Shown one piece after another: positions 42,841 to 53,543 of a stretch of 64,000 bases of DNA; position 1 is the first letter of the stretch; every line of letters begins with the position of its first letter. Source of the DNA: a virus; IMG/VR virus record IMGVR_UViG_3300035698_016797, positions 1 through 64,000 of that record. The stretch is one strand, 5' to 3'. The notes under the pieces are model-generated. The model was not told the origin of the DNA. It saw nothing but the letters and a program-made list of their open reading frames with translations, and did not search any database. The position numbers and the translations under genes are program-made.

Positions 42841-43551
42841 ATGTACAAGAATGTCATAGTTATTGGCTGTGGAGGAATTGGATCACATCTTCTTCCTCCG
42901 CTGACACGATTCTTCGCTTCAATGGAGAAAGAGAAGCGTCCCAAGGAAATGAGAATCGTTGATGGAGACAAGTATGAGCAAGGCAATGCCGATCGGCAAG
43001 AGTTTGTTGCTCGTCAAGTCAACCAGAATAAAGCAGAGGCGCAGAAGGAACGCTGTTCAGTCATTCACGAAGGAATGATGGACTACTATGCGTTCCCGGA
43101 ATACCTCGGTAGCGGCAATATTGACAGCATTATTGAAGAGGATTCAATTATCTTCATGTGTGTTGACAATCATGTTTGTCGCAGTATTGTGTCGAAACAC
43201 TGTCAAACGTTGAACAACGTTGCTCTCATCACGGGAGCAAACGAACTCACCGACGGCAACGTACAGATTTACGTCAGAAAAGATGGAAAGGATATGTCTC
43301 CTCCAATAGAAAAGAGACATCCTGAAATCAGCACGGCGAAAGATGGTGACAGATCAATGATGAGCTGTGAGGAGATTGAGAAGTTGCCCGGTGGTGGACA
43401 AATCATTCTGGTGAATGCTACCGCCGCGAATCTTCAATTTCAACTCGCTTGGGAATGGCTCTCTATCGGAAAGCTTCCTTTCGAGGAGGTATATTTCGAC
43501 GTTGAGTCAATCGGAATGCGTGGGGTGCCAAATGACTACTCCAAAAAGTAG
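42841..43551 (+). CDS. ThiF/E1-like activating enzyme
   Basis: VIVIGCGGIGSHL; IVDGDKYEQGNADRQ; CVDN; candidate catalytic Cys in MMSCEE. Confidence 0.92.
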   Translation: MYKNVIVIGCGGIGSHLLPPLTRFFASMEKEKRPKEMRIVDGDKYEQGNADRQEFVARQVNQNKAEAQKERCSVIHEGMMDYYAFPEYLGSGNIDSIIEEDSIIFMCVDNHVCRSIVSKHCQTLNNVALITGANELTDGNVQIYVRKDGKDMSPPIEKRHPEISTAKDGDRSMMSCEEIEKLPGGGQIILVNATAANLQFQLAWEWLSIGKLPFEEVYFDVESIGMRGVPNDYSKK

Positions 43552-46500
43552 CACAGCTCCTCCGGTAAAAAAGTCGGAAGCAAAAGCCAAAACAACCGCC
43601 AAGAAGGACGAGAAAAAAGCCGTAGTAAAGAAGGCTGACAAAGCTTCTGCGGCACCTATTCTGATTCCTGAAGAAATGAGGATTAGGTGTTTGTTTGTTG
43701 ATGGACTGGCTCCAAATCACGTAATAGTTGCCTACGGAGACGACAATGCGTCTTTGCTGAGCACTGGAGTGTGTGTTCGTGATCCAGAAAACAATAAACG
43801 GTTTTATCATATCACACAAATGTTGGTTGGTTTCACCCCAGAAACGGCCGGTCCTTACTTTCAGCCGTTGACTGGTCAAATGTTGCTGGCATCATTGAAG
43901 CATCACAAGGCTAAACTGACATTTCCTTTGACTGTATTTAGAGTTGTTCATCTGTGGGAAGATGGGAACATCATTGGATGGTCAAAAAGAAGTCAAGAGA
44001 AAGCCTTGGAGCGCAGTACTTCGATGTATCTCTGTGCACAGTGTAAAATTTCTGTGACAAATGGAGTTTACGCTCCTGGATGCTCTCCGTATTCAGAGGT
44101 TATAGCTAAAGCTGTAACCATGGCAGAGAGTAAAGTTGCGTTTCACAATCTGTTGGCAACTCGTGTGATTGAAGGCAACCACGATTTATGGTCGTTCTTG
44201 TCGGCCAACGCCTACCTTGATAGTCTGTGTACAAGGTGTCGTCTCTTGGCAATAAAAAGCCTAACTGGAGAAATAGTTACTCAGATTGCGACAACAGGAA
44301 GAATGAAACCGGTGTTTCAAAACGAAAAGGAGGTTGAGTAATGGCTCAACAAGTAGTCTCTCATACCGTTTATATGACGGCAGAGACGGATGTAACTTTA
44401 CCACAGCTGGAAGGAGCAAACGAAGCTCTCGTTGAAGAGCTTAGAGTACTTCTTCTTGGCAATAAGAAGGTTGAAGCGGTTCAGAAGTTTCGTCTGGCAA
44501 CAGGCTGTTCTCTGAAGGATGCTGTAGACCGACTGATTATCGGCTGGTGGATGGAGTTTGCACAAAGTCTCATTGATCCGTCAAAATACCCAGAAAAGTG
44601 CTGTTTCAATTGTGTTGGAACGTGCGGCAAACTTGCCAATCTTCAATCTACAAATGGAGCAAAACTTTGGGACATTGACAATCAGATTCCATGTGGAACC
44701 AATTGCAGTGTGTTTATGACCCTTGAAGCCCTCAAGAAGAGTTTGGTGATCAAGGATAGCGCAGTACAGGTAAAACTTACCAACTCTGCCAACAGCAGTG
44801 TGACGAACATCATCGTTGACACTCCTATTGTGAAGACAGAAAGAAGCAATCGTGATGGCAAGGTTCTTGAAACGAAGTTTGTGATCCACTCAAAATCACA
44901 AGTTGTAACAAAAGTTTCAGGTGCAATCTGCAAACTGTTTCTTGCCGGTTTCCAATGGTCCTCAACCAATGGTTTCGAAGGAACTCTGACTGTTGGGACA
45001 TGTGAACCAAAAAGCAAGGAAACGTGGGAAAAATATCTTGAAAGAGCTTCTGAGGAAGTAAGAAAAGCTCGTGAGTGCGTCACCGAAACGTACCAGGCAA
45101 TGGATGAAAAGACTTTGTTCGCGGCTATGGAAAAATTCCTGACAAAGCGTGGACTGAAGAATGTTATTGCCAACTATAACGGTGATATTGAGTCTCTGTG
45201 TGACGACATGTTCCCAGATCAGGAACTGGTGTATGTTGCCATTGAATTCGCAAGGGAAGATTTGTCATGATTGTTATGATTGACCAATACGTTAAATTGC
45301 CAGACACTTCCGATTTCAAACCCATTGTTCCGAAGAATGCCAATGAAGGAAAAATCATTCTTCAATTCAAAACGACCTTTCGGAATCCTGAGACGCTCAG
45401 TATTATGAAAGATTGTCTGTTGTCCGCCGGTCATGAATGTGAAAGTTCTCGCATTGACCAGAAATGGTTAAATGAAGCCTTCACGCCAATCATGCACGAA
45501 ATGATCAAAGGGTTTGTTATATGGGGACTGCCGACCTTCATGAAGAAGGCAAGAGAGCATTCTCCAAGAGGGTTCGGAAGTGGTAGTAAAAGACGAGTTT
45601 TTATGAGAAGCCTCTTTGATCAGTTTTTGGAAGAGGGTTTTGCCTTAAAGTCGGCAGAAAACTTTGCACTCTCATCATTCTCTTCTATTGGATGGAGAAT
45701 GCCTGAAAGTATTCGTGTTAGAGGACAAGGTTGGACTACTCAAATTGCTCGCTCTTTCGGAAACTTTATTAACAATGTAAACCGTGGCAGAACGTCACAT
45801 TCAATCCTCAACGTGCTAAGAAGTTGTACTCCATACCCGTATGTGACAGAAGAGGGAGATCAGTTCGTACTTCCAAACAGTGACAATAAAAATGTGGTTG
45901 ATGCATGTCATCAGTTCACTAACATTATGAACGGCGTCATGGATAACACGAACGCAATATTCAACGAGATTGAATGGGTCTCTGACACCATGTCAGACAT
46001 GAATCCTTGCGGTAGAGCAGGATGTAACGAAGGAAACATGTGTTCAAGCTGTTACGATAGGCTGTACGATCTTGTTGATGGATGTGCCGGAAAGACTGAC
46101 GCTAACAGGTATTTTGTGACAGCTGTTGAAAATCGAGAAACCTTTGATAGCATAACGCCGTCAGAATAACAACATTTAGTATTCAAGAAGGAACAGGAAA
46201 ATGGAAGAAACACCATCGTTCGTAGCAGAGGCACAGCGCCAACTTGAAGCGCAGAATGCAACACTTCAAGCAGAAGCGGAGGCTATGCTACAACAAACCG
46301 CGCAAAACGAAGAAAACATATCGGAACGTGTTACGGCTCAAGTCCCAGAAATGATGACGGCAGACAATGTTCTGTCTGAAGAACGTGAAAAAATGGCAAT
46401 TCTATATGCCGTAAACACGTATCTTGTCATCACCAATCGTGGATTTGGAGTTATTGACCTACTTAATTCGTGGGTAAGCAGCACTGGGTCAACGATTCCG

Positions 46501-46962
46501 GTTATGGATTTCTCGTGGTGTTCCGACAACTTGATCAACACCAACATCTTGAATGGGACAGTAAAACTTGATGACATTGTTGATTGGTTGAAGTCAATTG
46601 ACCCAACTCTCAGCGAAATGTTTCTTTGCTTCCATGGCAAGGTTGACGACACATTTGTCCAATTGGTTGCCAACATGGGCAGAGCAGAAGGTCTTCTGCC
46701 TTTCGCAGTTAAACTTTCACGTTCTTTCGACAAGATACCCGAGGGTACAAGAGGCTTTATCTGGCCACTTCCAAAAGGGGCAGGAAAACTCGAAGGCATG
46801 GAAGGTTTTGTACCTATCTTGCTGGAAAAAGAATTCCCCTTCTGTCACTCGTTTGAGATGGTGACTGGTGAGCCGATAGAAGGAGTCAATAAAAGAGGTT
46901 TCTTCATCTCACTTTCTTGCTTAGAACAGGATAATGGGGTGATGGTTGCCAAAAAGTGTTAA
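43532..46962 (+). other. Coupled hypothetical CDSs between E1 and RT (43532-44341, 44341-45270, 45267-46169, 46201-46962)
   Basis: Overlapping or short (about 30 nt) junctions; 44341-45270 has an L7/L12 CTD-like motif. Confidence 0.7.
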
Positions 46963-46971
46963 GGAGTACGT

Positions 46972-48249
46972 ATGCTGAATCAATTGTCACGACAGTTTGG
47001 AGAGCTGCCAGTAGAACTTGTTGCTAAAGATCAAAGCGACATTCCGATAGTGTCGTTTATTCAAGCTAGGCATGGGCCGGTATTGCCTGGTCGAAATATA
47101 AACGAGAAGGCATTTGGCCAACTACTTGAACTTCTGCTCGAAGGCAAGATTGTCAGAGTTAGATGTAATATAGATGCTTTTGCTCAAGAGATGGAGCATC
47201 TGAGAAAACTTGCATCTAAAAATGTTCTCATGGTATCTGCTACGGATATTTGGGAACATAATAGAGGTGAAGTTTACAAATTCAGGTTTAACGCATCAAG
47301 CGAATACTATATGGGACTTGATGAATTAGTAAATCCTGTTGATATAATTGCTTCTGTTCTTGGAGTGGAGGGAGAACTCCTTACAAGTCTTATGGCAGAT
47401 ATTTCGTCTCACTACAATCGCTTTCCATTGACAAAAAGGGATGGTTCGCAAAGATGGATTAACGCTCCAGACGATGATCTGAAAGGGGTTCAGAGACGCA
47501 TAATGAACAGAATGCTTTATCGTGGATGGGCAACTCCATGTGCTCACGGATTCATTCATGGAAAAAGTATTAAGACAAACGCAGAACGTCATGTTGGAGC
47601 CAAGGTTGTCGTCAAAATGGACATATCCAAATTCTTTGACAACATAGGAATTGACAAACTTAATACAGCCTTTGTTCCTCTGCTGAAAGCAGAAGAGCTT
47701 TTCACAATCAATTTTATCTCATCGTTGTGTACTCTCAACGGGGTCACCCCACAAGGAGCACCAACGAGTCCCGCACTATCAAATCTCGTGGTAAGAAACA
47801 TGGACTTTGCCCTCATGGGTTTAGCCAGAAAACATCACGCAGTCTACACGAGATATGCTGATGATTTGGTATTTTCCTCGAAAGATAATCGTGCATTACC
47901 ATCAATCATCCCTTTGGTAATGAACGTTGTCAACTCGAATGGGTTCCGAATCAACATGAGAAAAACCGGAGTCTTTCGCGACGGTGGAAGAATGCCGGTA
48001 ACCGGACTGGTAATCAATAAACATACAAACGTTCCTCGTAAGGAGCGTTATAAAGTACGTGCGGAGCTTCATAACATTGCAACTGGAAGAAAACCTGCAA
48101 GCGAAGAGGATCTTCAGCGTCTCGCCGGAAAGGTGGCGTTCATCAATATGGCGAATCCGCAACAGGGAGCACGTTTTGATAGTTTGATGACAGCAGCAAA
48201 GGCTGGTGCCGTACAATCAACGGAAGGTGCGGAAAACAATGACAGTTGA
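46972..48249 (+). CDS. Retron-type reverse transcriptase with N-terminal extension
   Basis: KRDGSQRWINAP; AHGF; NAERH (NAxxH); KMDISKFFDNI; PQGAPTSPALSN; YTRYADDLVFS; PVTGLVIN (VTG). Confidence 0.93.
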   Translation: MLNQLSRQFGELPVELVAKDQSDIPIVSFIQARHGPVLPGRNINEKAFGQLLELLLEGKIVRVRCNIDAFAQEMEHLRKLASKNVLMVSATDIWEHNRGEVYKFRFNASSEYYMGLDELVNPVDIIASVLGVEGELLTSLMADISSHYNRFPLTKRDGSQRWINAPDDDLKGVQRRIMNRMLYRGWATPCAHGFIHGKSIKTNAERHVGAKVVVKMDISKFFDNIGIDKLNTAFVPLLKAEELFTINFISSLCTLNGVTPQGAPTSPALSNLVVRNMDFALMGLARKHHAVYTRYADDLVFSSKDNRALPSIIPLVMNVVNSNGFRINMRKTGVFRDGGRMPVTGLVINKHTNVPRKERYKVRAELHNIATGRKPASEEDLQRLAGKVAFINMANPQQGARFDSLMTAAKAGAVQSTEGAENNDS

Positions 48250-48436
48250 CAACATTACAGTAGACAAAATCCCAGACGAAATTGAAGAATGCTTCAACCA
48301 AGCAGGAATCACACTGGAACAATTAGACGAAGCTTCTCTGCTTCTGGAAGAAAAATATGGAATCACGCTAGCACTCACAACCCACTTCGACAGTAAAGAA
48401 GAGGAACATATTGTTCTAGCCAGACCAATTCCGTAA
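48239..48436 (+). CDS. Small acidic protein overlapping the RT stop
   Basis: ATG 11 nt inside the RT 3' end; 65 aa. Confidence 0.6.
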   Translation: MTVDNITVDKIPDEIEECFNQAGITLEQLDEASLLLEEKYGITLALTTHFDSKEEEHIVLARPIP

Positions 48437-48439
48437 ATA

Positions 48440-48670
48440 TAGACTTTCGTTGACTTTGACTGCATAGACGTGCTCTTGACGGTGGGAATGAGGTAAAAAC
48501 CGTCACGGACGAGATCAAAAAGGAGTCTTATTTAAAAGACTTTTTCTCGTTCTTTTATATTAATTCCTCTCATGCATATGCTATCAGCTCTGATGTTTCA
48601 TCTGAGTGTAGTTTACATTCACAGCGTAGAGCGACACGGGGTCGCCTCCTGCTGTTAGAACGACCGTCTA
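48440..48670 (+). ncRNA. RT-associated msr-msd-like cassette U1
   Basis: IR TAGACTTTCGTT/AACGACCGTCTA (10 of 12 paired) then G; CTCTGATG-TTT-CATCTGAG hairpin; terminal ACAGC/GCTGT hairpin then TAG-AAC. Confidence 0.55.
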
Positions 48671-48697
48671 CTGTTGAAAACACGAAAAGGAAAGCAA

Positions 48698-48892
48698 ATG
48701 TCAGATAAAGAACACAAAACGACAGAAAAGGTATTTTTAATACCCGAAGAAGAAGTGGTTATAATGACGTCAGACTCAAGCTCTGAGGTTGTACAAAAAC
48801 CAGAAGGTGTTTCTGTAAAATTGATTTCTCCAGAAGGAGTTACGGTTACAGAGGCAGACGCCAAAGATACGATCCTTCAGATAGAGGGATAA
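48698..48892 (+). CDS. Small acidic protein between U1 and U2
   Basis: AAGGAAAG RBS; 64 aa. Confidence 0.6.
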   Translation: MSDKEHKTTEKVFLIPEEEVVIMTSDSSSEVVQKPEGVSVKLISPEGVTVTEADAKDTILQIEG

Positions 48893-48900
48893 CATAACGC

Positions 48901-49072
48901 TGTAGATTGGTTTTAGCCAGATGTTTCATCTGGGAGATTATTACGTGGGCATCATAGTGAATACTACAAGTATTCACATTAAAGCCCCAGAGAGAGCCTA
49001 TCACGACTCGGCAGTCGTCCAAAGACGACTTTAGTCGTACCGGCTCACTCTCGGGGCTTAAAGAATCTACAA
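48901..49072 (+). ncRNA. RT-associated msr-msd-like cassette U2 (best fit to retron architecture)
   Basis: IR TGTAGATT/AATCTACA then GG; hairpins CCAGATG-TTT-CATCTGG and GTGAATACT-ACA-AGTATTCAC; long hairpin 48982-49060; AAAG-AAT. Confidence 0.78.
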
Positions 49073-49096
49073 AACAAATAAAAGTGATATATACAT

Positions 49097-49750
49097 ATGG
49101 AACAACAAGAAGGTAACTTGGTGCCAATCTTCTTCTGTGAAAAACTTTCCAAAGCAGAAGTAATAGCTTGGCGAAGAGTTATCAACGTAGCATATTCCTC
49201 TCTATCCAAAGAGGAAAAGAGTGTAATTCCCCCGTTTTATGTGTACTGTACAATGGTGAGTTCTCTGTATCACACCTTTAATGCACATTTACATATGATG
49301 GAAAAGATGATGGATCAGTTCGCACAGGACAAAGTGTGGTCATATGCGTTCTTACAAGATCCTGAAATACGCAATGAGAACATTCCAGAAGAAGAGTTCC
49401 AAAGAATAGTAATAGCCAATCATCGTACACACTTGACTCCAGATCTTTCTCCAGAAATGGTAGTGTTTCACGAAATGTGGCACTTCATACTGTTCAGTCT
49501 TCATAAAATTCCGTACGTAGTAGAGAACAGGAAACAAGTCGAAGGAATGTGTGACAAGAATGCAATTATGTCATACGTTAGAATGTTGATTCGCAATCCT
49601 CAATACTCCTCCAACACAGAAGATGGAGAAGTGAGGTTGCTTGAGAAAAGAGTTAGACTGTGGCGCTCCCAAATGGAAGAAAAAGACATGCCATTAGCGC
49701 AAATCGAAAACAATATGCTCAAAGGAGTAGGAGAACTTCTCAATGACTGA
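49097..49750 (+). CDS. Putative zinc metallopeptidase
   Basis: VVFHEMWHFIL (HExxH). Confidence 0.55.
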   Translation: MEQQEGNLVPIFFCEKLSKAEVIAWRRVINVAYSSLSKEEKSVIPPFYVYCTMVSSLYHTFNAHLHMMEKMMDQFAQDKVWSYAFLQDPEIRNENIPEEEFQRIVIANHRTHLTPDLSPEMVVFHEMWHFILFSLHKIPYVVENRKQVEGMCDKNAIMSYVRMLIRNPQYSSNTEDGEVRLLEKRVRLWRSQMEEKDMPLAQIENNMLKGVGELLND

Positions 49751-50822
49751 ATCAGTGACAATTAGTGAAGAGGGAGCACTTAGACCAACAACTCTCGAAT
49801 CTTTTGTTGGGCAAGAGAGCATTCTCGAACAAATACAAGTGTCATTGATTTCAGCACTTCGAAGAAAGGCTCCATTTCCACACCTATTGCTTGCAGGTCC
49901 ACCTGGACTTGGCAAGACAACGTTGGCAGAAATTGTGGCTCGTGAACGCGGAGTTCCATTTATTTCTGCGATGGCATCATCAATATCATCAGACGAAGAG
50001 TTAGACGCCATTTTTGGCAAGCTTCCAATTGATGGATACGACGTCCGAACTGGAAAGGTGGTAGACGAGGATTCTGTAATACAGGCAGTAGTGTTCGTTG
50101 ACGAAGTTCACAGACTCAAGAGATCTGTAACAGAAACTCTGCACACCGCACTAGAAGACTTTAGAGTTACTCTTAAAAAGAAAAATCCAGTAACCGGACA
50201 AAACAATGCGGAACTTTACTGGCTTCCTCGCTTCACATTTATTGGCGCAACAAACTATCTTGGTACGTTACCAAGACCTTTCGTAGACAGATTCCCTCTA
50301 CAGTTCATTTTCGAAACATACTCCGATGAAGATTTATCATCTGTGATCTCTTTTTCAAGCAAACAACTAGGTTTTAACATTGATTCAGACAGTATCGCTG
50401 TTATTGCAAATAAAAGTAGAGGAACTCCACGAATTGCAAACAGGTTCTTGCTACTTTGCAGAGATGTTGCGATTGCGATGCTCGACGGAAGTGTAGAGTT
50501 TGACAACAGCATTACAATACAACACGTTGAAGAAATGCTTCGCATTCAAGAGATTGATGATCTTGGATTGTCAAGATTAGACAGGAGAGTTCTTCAATAT
50601 CTTGCGACCATGAAACGTCCTGTTGGACTGAAGTCGGTAGCTCAGGGCGTTGACGAAGATGTCAAAACAATTGAATTCTTTGTTGAACCATGGCTTGTGA
50701 AACAGAAGTTGATAGCCAAAACCAGCCGTGGTCGCATCGTTACAACACTTGGTCAAAGACATATTGGAGATCAAGTAGAAGATTTGGATACGTTTGGACT
50801 CAGAAGATTAGTACAATCATAA
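49743..50822 (+). CDS. ruvB: Holliday junction branch migration helicase RuvB
   Basis: LRPTTLESFVGQ; GPPGLGKTTLA; VFVDEVHRL; FTFIGAT; SRGTPRIANR; TSRGR. Confidence 0.9.
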   Translation: MTESVTISEEGALRPTTLESFVGQESILEQIQVSLISALRRKAPFPHLLLAGPPGLGKTTLAEIVARERGVPFISAMASSISSDEELDAIFGKLPIDGYDVRTGKVVDEDSVIQAVVFVDEVHRLKRSVTETLHTALEDFRVTLKKKNPVTGQNNAELYWLPRFTFIGATNYLGTLPRPFVDRFPLQFIFETYSDEDLSSVISFSSKQLGFNIDSDSIAVIANKSRGTPRIANRFLLLCRDVAIAMLDGSVEFDNSITIQHVEEMLRIQEIDDLGLSRLDRRVLQYLATMKRPVGLKSVAQGVDEDVKTIEFFVEPWLVKQKLIAKTSRGRIVTTLGQRHIGDQVEDLDTFGLRRLVQS

Positions 50823-50838
50823 ACAGGAGACTGGAAAA

Positions 50839-51267
50839 ATGACAAGTGAAGAAGCGACTGTGCTTATTGATTCTGTCAAAGTGATGACAGGAGTTATGAT
50901 AGAAGCACTGGAAGAAATCAAACAAATCAAAACTCGTATGGAATTCCAGACTGCACTACAGTCTACAATTGCATCCTCATTAAGAGATGAAAATACAACC
51001 GTAGCCGAATTTCTCGCCGACATCAGTGCCAGCTCAGGTCTGACAGCCGAATGTGAAACAGAAATGCGAGATTTTTTCGCAATCTCAGATCCAGAGACTG
51101 CTTTTTCAGGACCAATAGGAACGGATGAAACTCCTCCAGAGAGAGAGGTTGACGAAGAAGTTGAAGTACGTCATTATGGAGATTTGGAAGATCTGACCCA
51201 ATCCATGGACTCAGACGGTCTTCCTGTAGATCCAAAAGAACTCGAAGATGCAGCAGGTATTTACTAA
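50839..51267 (+). CDS. Acidic hypothetical protein
   Basis: GGAG RBS. Confidence 0.6.
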   Translation: MTSEEATVLIDSVKVMTGVMIEALEEIKQIKTRMEFQTALQSTIASSLRDENTTVAEFLADISASSGLTAECETEMRDFFAISDPETAFSGPIGTDETPPEREVDEEVEVRHYGDLEDLTQSMDSDGLPVDPKELEDAAGIY

Positions 51268-51274
51268 TTTTTAA

Positions 51275-51523
51275 TTGATCAATTGGCTTGATTCATCAAG
51301 TGTCACGTTAGTTTTCTAGTTCCATGTGCCGGTTGTTTGCAGGATTCGTAAACAGAATGGCTTTGGTTAGATTACTTGAGTGGTATATTGTGAATCGTTT
51401 GTGATGTATCATCACAATGTGACAATGTGCAAGAGTATATTTTATGTTGACTCACTCTGGCGGCCTGGTAACTTATTGTATAACTTACCAGGCAGCCTAA
51501 GATGGTCAAAAAGAATTGATCAA
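51275..51523 (+). ncRNA. RT-associated msr-msd-like cassette U3
   Basis: IR TTGATCAATT/AATTGATCAA then GG; TTGTGATG-TAT-CATCACAA hairpin; long terminal hairpin with GCCTGGTAA/TTACCAGGC; AAAG-AAT. Confidence 0.72.
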
Positions 51524-51550
51524 CAAGTTTATATTTAGAAGAGGAATAAA

Positions 51551-52204
51551 ATGGACATAATCATAAACTATGTACCAAACGGAATTTGCATTGACGAATT
51601 CAACTTTGAACAGGAGTATGAAAAGTCAATACGTAGGTATGCACGCGCAGTTAAGGATGGGGTTCGAACTCACACCTATAGAATAAGAACGTGTCTTGGA
51701 ATCGAAATGATAAGACTCCTTATTTTTCGTAAAGAATTTCCAGCTGAAGACGTTCAAGTAATCTGGAATAATAACCTAATTACGTTTGACGATACTGCGA
51801 GAACTGATTGGTGGCCAAACGGATTTTGTGACAGAAAAGACAGAATTCTCGAAGAATTTCTAGGATGGAACAAACCATTAGTAACGGAGGAATGAAGGAT
51901 GAGCAAGGGTAAGAATAGCAAACAGGCAAACGCGAAACGTGAACGTCAAAAAAGACGCAGAGACGAAAAACGTAATCGCACCAAAGCAGAGCGCAAAGCA
52001 CGCAGAGCAGACATTAAACGAACCTCAAAGGTTGGAGTAAGACGCAACACCTCGAAAGAAGAAGATACCGAGCAATTGCACGCAATCGTTAAAGAAACGC
52101 TGAATCAAGCCGTAGGACATAAGCCTTCGGTAAATGCCGCTCAACTTTTTGACCAACATATGGCACTACAACAGTCAAAAACTGCGGAAGGAAGAGGAAG
52201 ATGA
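51551..52204 (+). other. Hypothetical CDSs (51551-51895; basic protein 51899-52204)
   Basis: RBS-like sequences; tiled. Confidence 0.6.
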
Positions 52205-53274
52205 GTTCAGTTATAGCACCAGTGGCAACAATCGACAAAATCGAGCCACACCCAAACGCCGACAGACTCAAGCTTGCAACCGTACTAGGTTGGCAGACCG
52301 TCATTCCAATTGACAGTTCATGGAAAGAGGGAGACATCTGCGTCTTCGTTCCTCCAGACTGTCTACTTCCATCCAAGTGGGCAGAGCACTGGGGAGTGAC
52401 AAAATTCTTGGCCAAGAACAACAGAGTACGACGTATCAACCTTAGAGGAGAAGCGTCTTACGGATTTATCCAGCAGATTCCAGACGACATGTCTGTTACC
52501 ATTGGAGACAATCTCTCTGACGAGCTTGGTCTTGGCAAGTACTACCCTCCTCCTCCGAAGTGTAATGGTGGACCGAATCAAGGCAAGGGTGTGAGAACAC
52601 ATCCGTTGGTGCAGAAATACACCAACATCGAGTCCATCAGAAACTTCCCGTTCATTCTGGAGGTTGGAGAAGAGGTGGTAATCACAGAGAAAATTCACGG
52701 CTCCAATGTTAAAATTGGTCTCGTCAATGGTGAAGAGGTTGCATCCTCCATGAAGGTTCAAAGGGCAAAACCTGAGCACGAGGGTGAGTCTCCCGACGAA
52801 CTTGTCAAGGCCAATCGCTACTGGGGACCATGGTTTGCCCCTGGAATCAAGGATCTCATCTACTCCATTTACGAATCCTGCAAACAACCGGCACAGATTC
52901 TCTTGTATGGAGAGGTGTACGGATCTGGCATTCAGAAGGGATTCATGTATGGCCTAGACCAAGACAAGCAAGGGTTCCTGTCATTCGACATTTTGGTACA
53001 AGGACACTACCTTGGCTGGGAAGAGTTCCACGAACTGTGCACAACCTTCGGGGTTGGTACTCCAACCATCCTTTACAGAGGTCCGTTCATAGACCTTGCC
53101 CACATCAAAACCATTTGCGATGGCAACACATCTCTTGGTGGAGATCATGTGAGAGAGGGTGGAGTAATCAGACCCGTTGTGGAACGTCGCGCAGAAAAGG
53201 GTAACAGAGTTTGCTTCAAGTACAGAACCGACAGGTATCTTACTGGTAAGTTTGCAGACTCTCAAGACATATAG
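52201..53274 (+). CDS. ATP-dependent RNA ligase (DRB0094 / Rnl2-like)
   Basis: N-terminal IEPHPNADRL; EKIHGSN (KxxG); YGEVYG; FDI; REGGVIRP. Confidence 0.88.
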   Translation: MSSVIAPVATIDKIEPHPNADRLKLATVLGWQTVIPIDSSWKEGDICVFVPPDCLLPSKWAEHWGVTKFLAKNNRVRRINLRGEASYGFIQQIPDDMSVTIGDNLSDELGLGKYYPPPPKCNGGPNQGKGVRTHPLVQKYTNIESIRNFPFILEVGEEVVITEKIHGSNVKIGLVNGEEVASSMKVQRAKPEHEGESPDELVKANRYWGPWFAPGIKDLIYSIYESCKQPAQILLYGEVYGSGIQKGFMYGLDQDKQGFLSFDILVQGHYLGWEEFHELCTTFGVGTPTILYRGPFIDLAHIKTICDGNTSLGGDHVREGGVIRPVVERRAEKGNRVCFKYRTDRYLTGKFADSQDI

Positions 53275-53543
53275 GGTAAACACTATGGCAAAAGCAGACG
53301 TTGAAAACATAGAGTTGTGTGAGTCTGGCTGTTGTGACGGATGGTCCTCTATGCTCAAAGAGGTGAATGGGGAGTGTCCAGAGTGTGAAACGCCAACAGT
53401 CGATGGAGAAGCTGCATATGGATGCAACTGGTCTCCATTTACCTGTACAACCTGTGGGTATAGAGGATGTGATGATTCTTGTTGAGCCGAATGATGACTG
53501 TAAAATTCTCAAACGAGACTACTCTTAAATATAAAGGAACACT

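Noticed and set aside
46972-48249. RT as part of a diversity-generating retroelement or group II intron
   Set aside because: No TR/VR repeat pair differing at adenines, no Avd, no maturase or endonuclease domain and no intron domain V were seen. NAxxH and VTG point to retrons.
48901-49072. Cas12a-like CRISPR repeat (TGTAGAT / TCTAC)
   Set aside because: Single inverted pair only; no repeat-spacer array and no cas genes anywhere in the window
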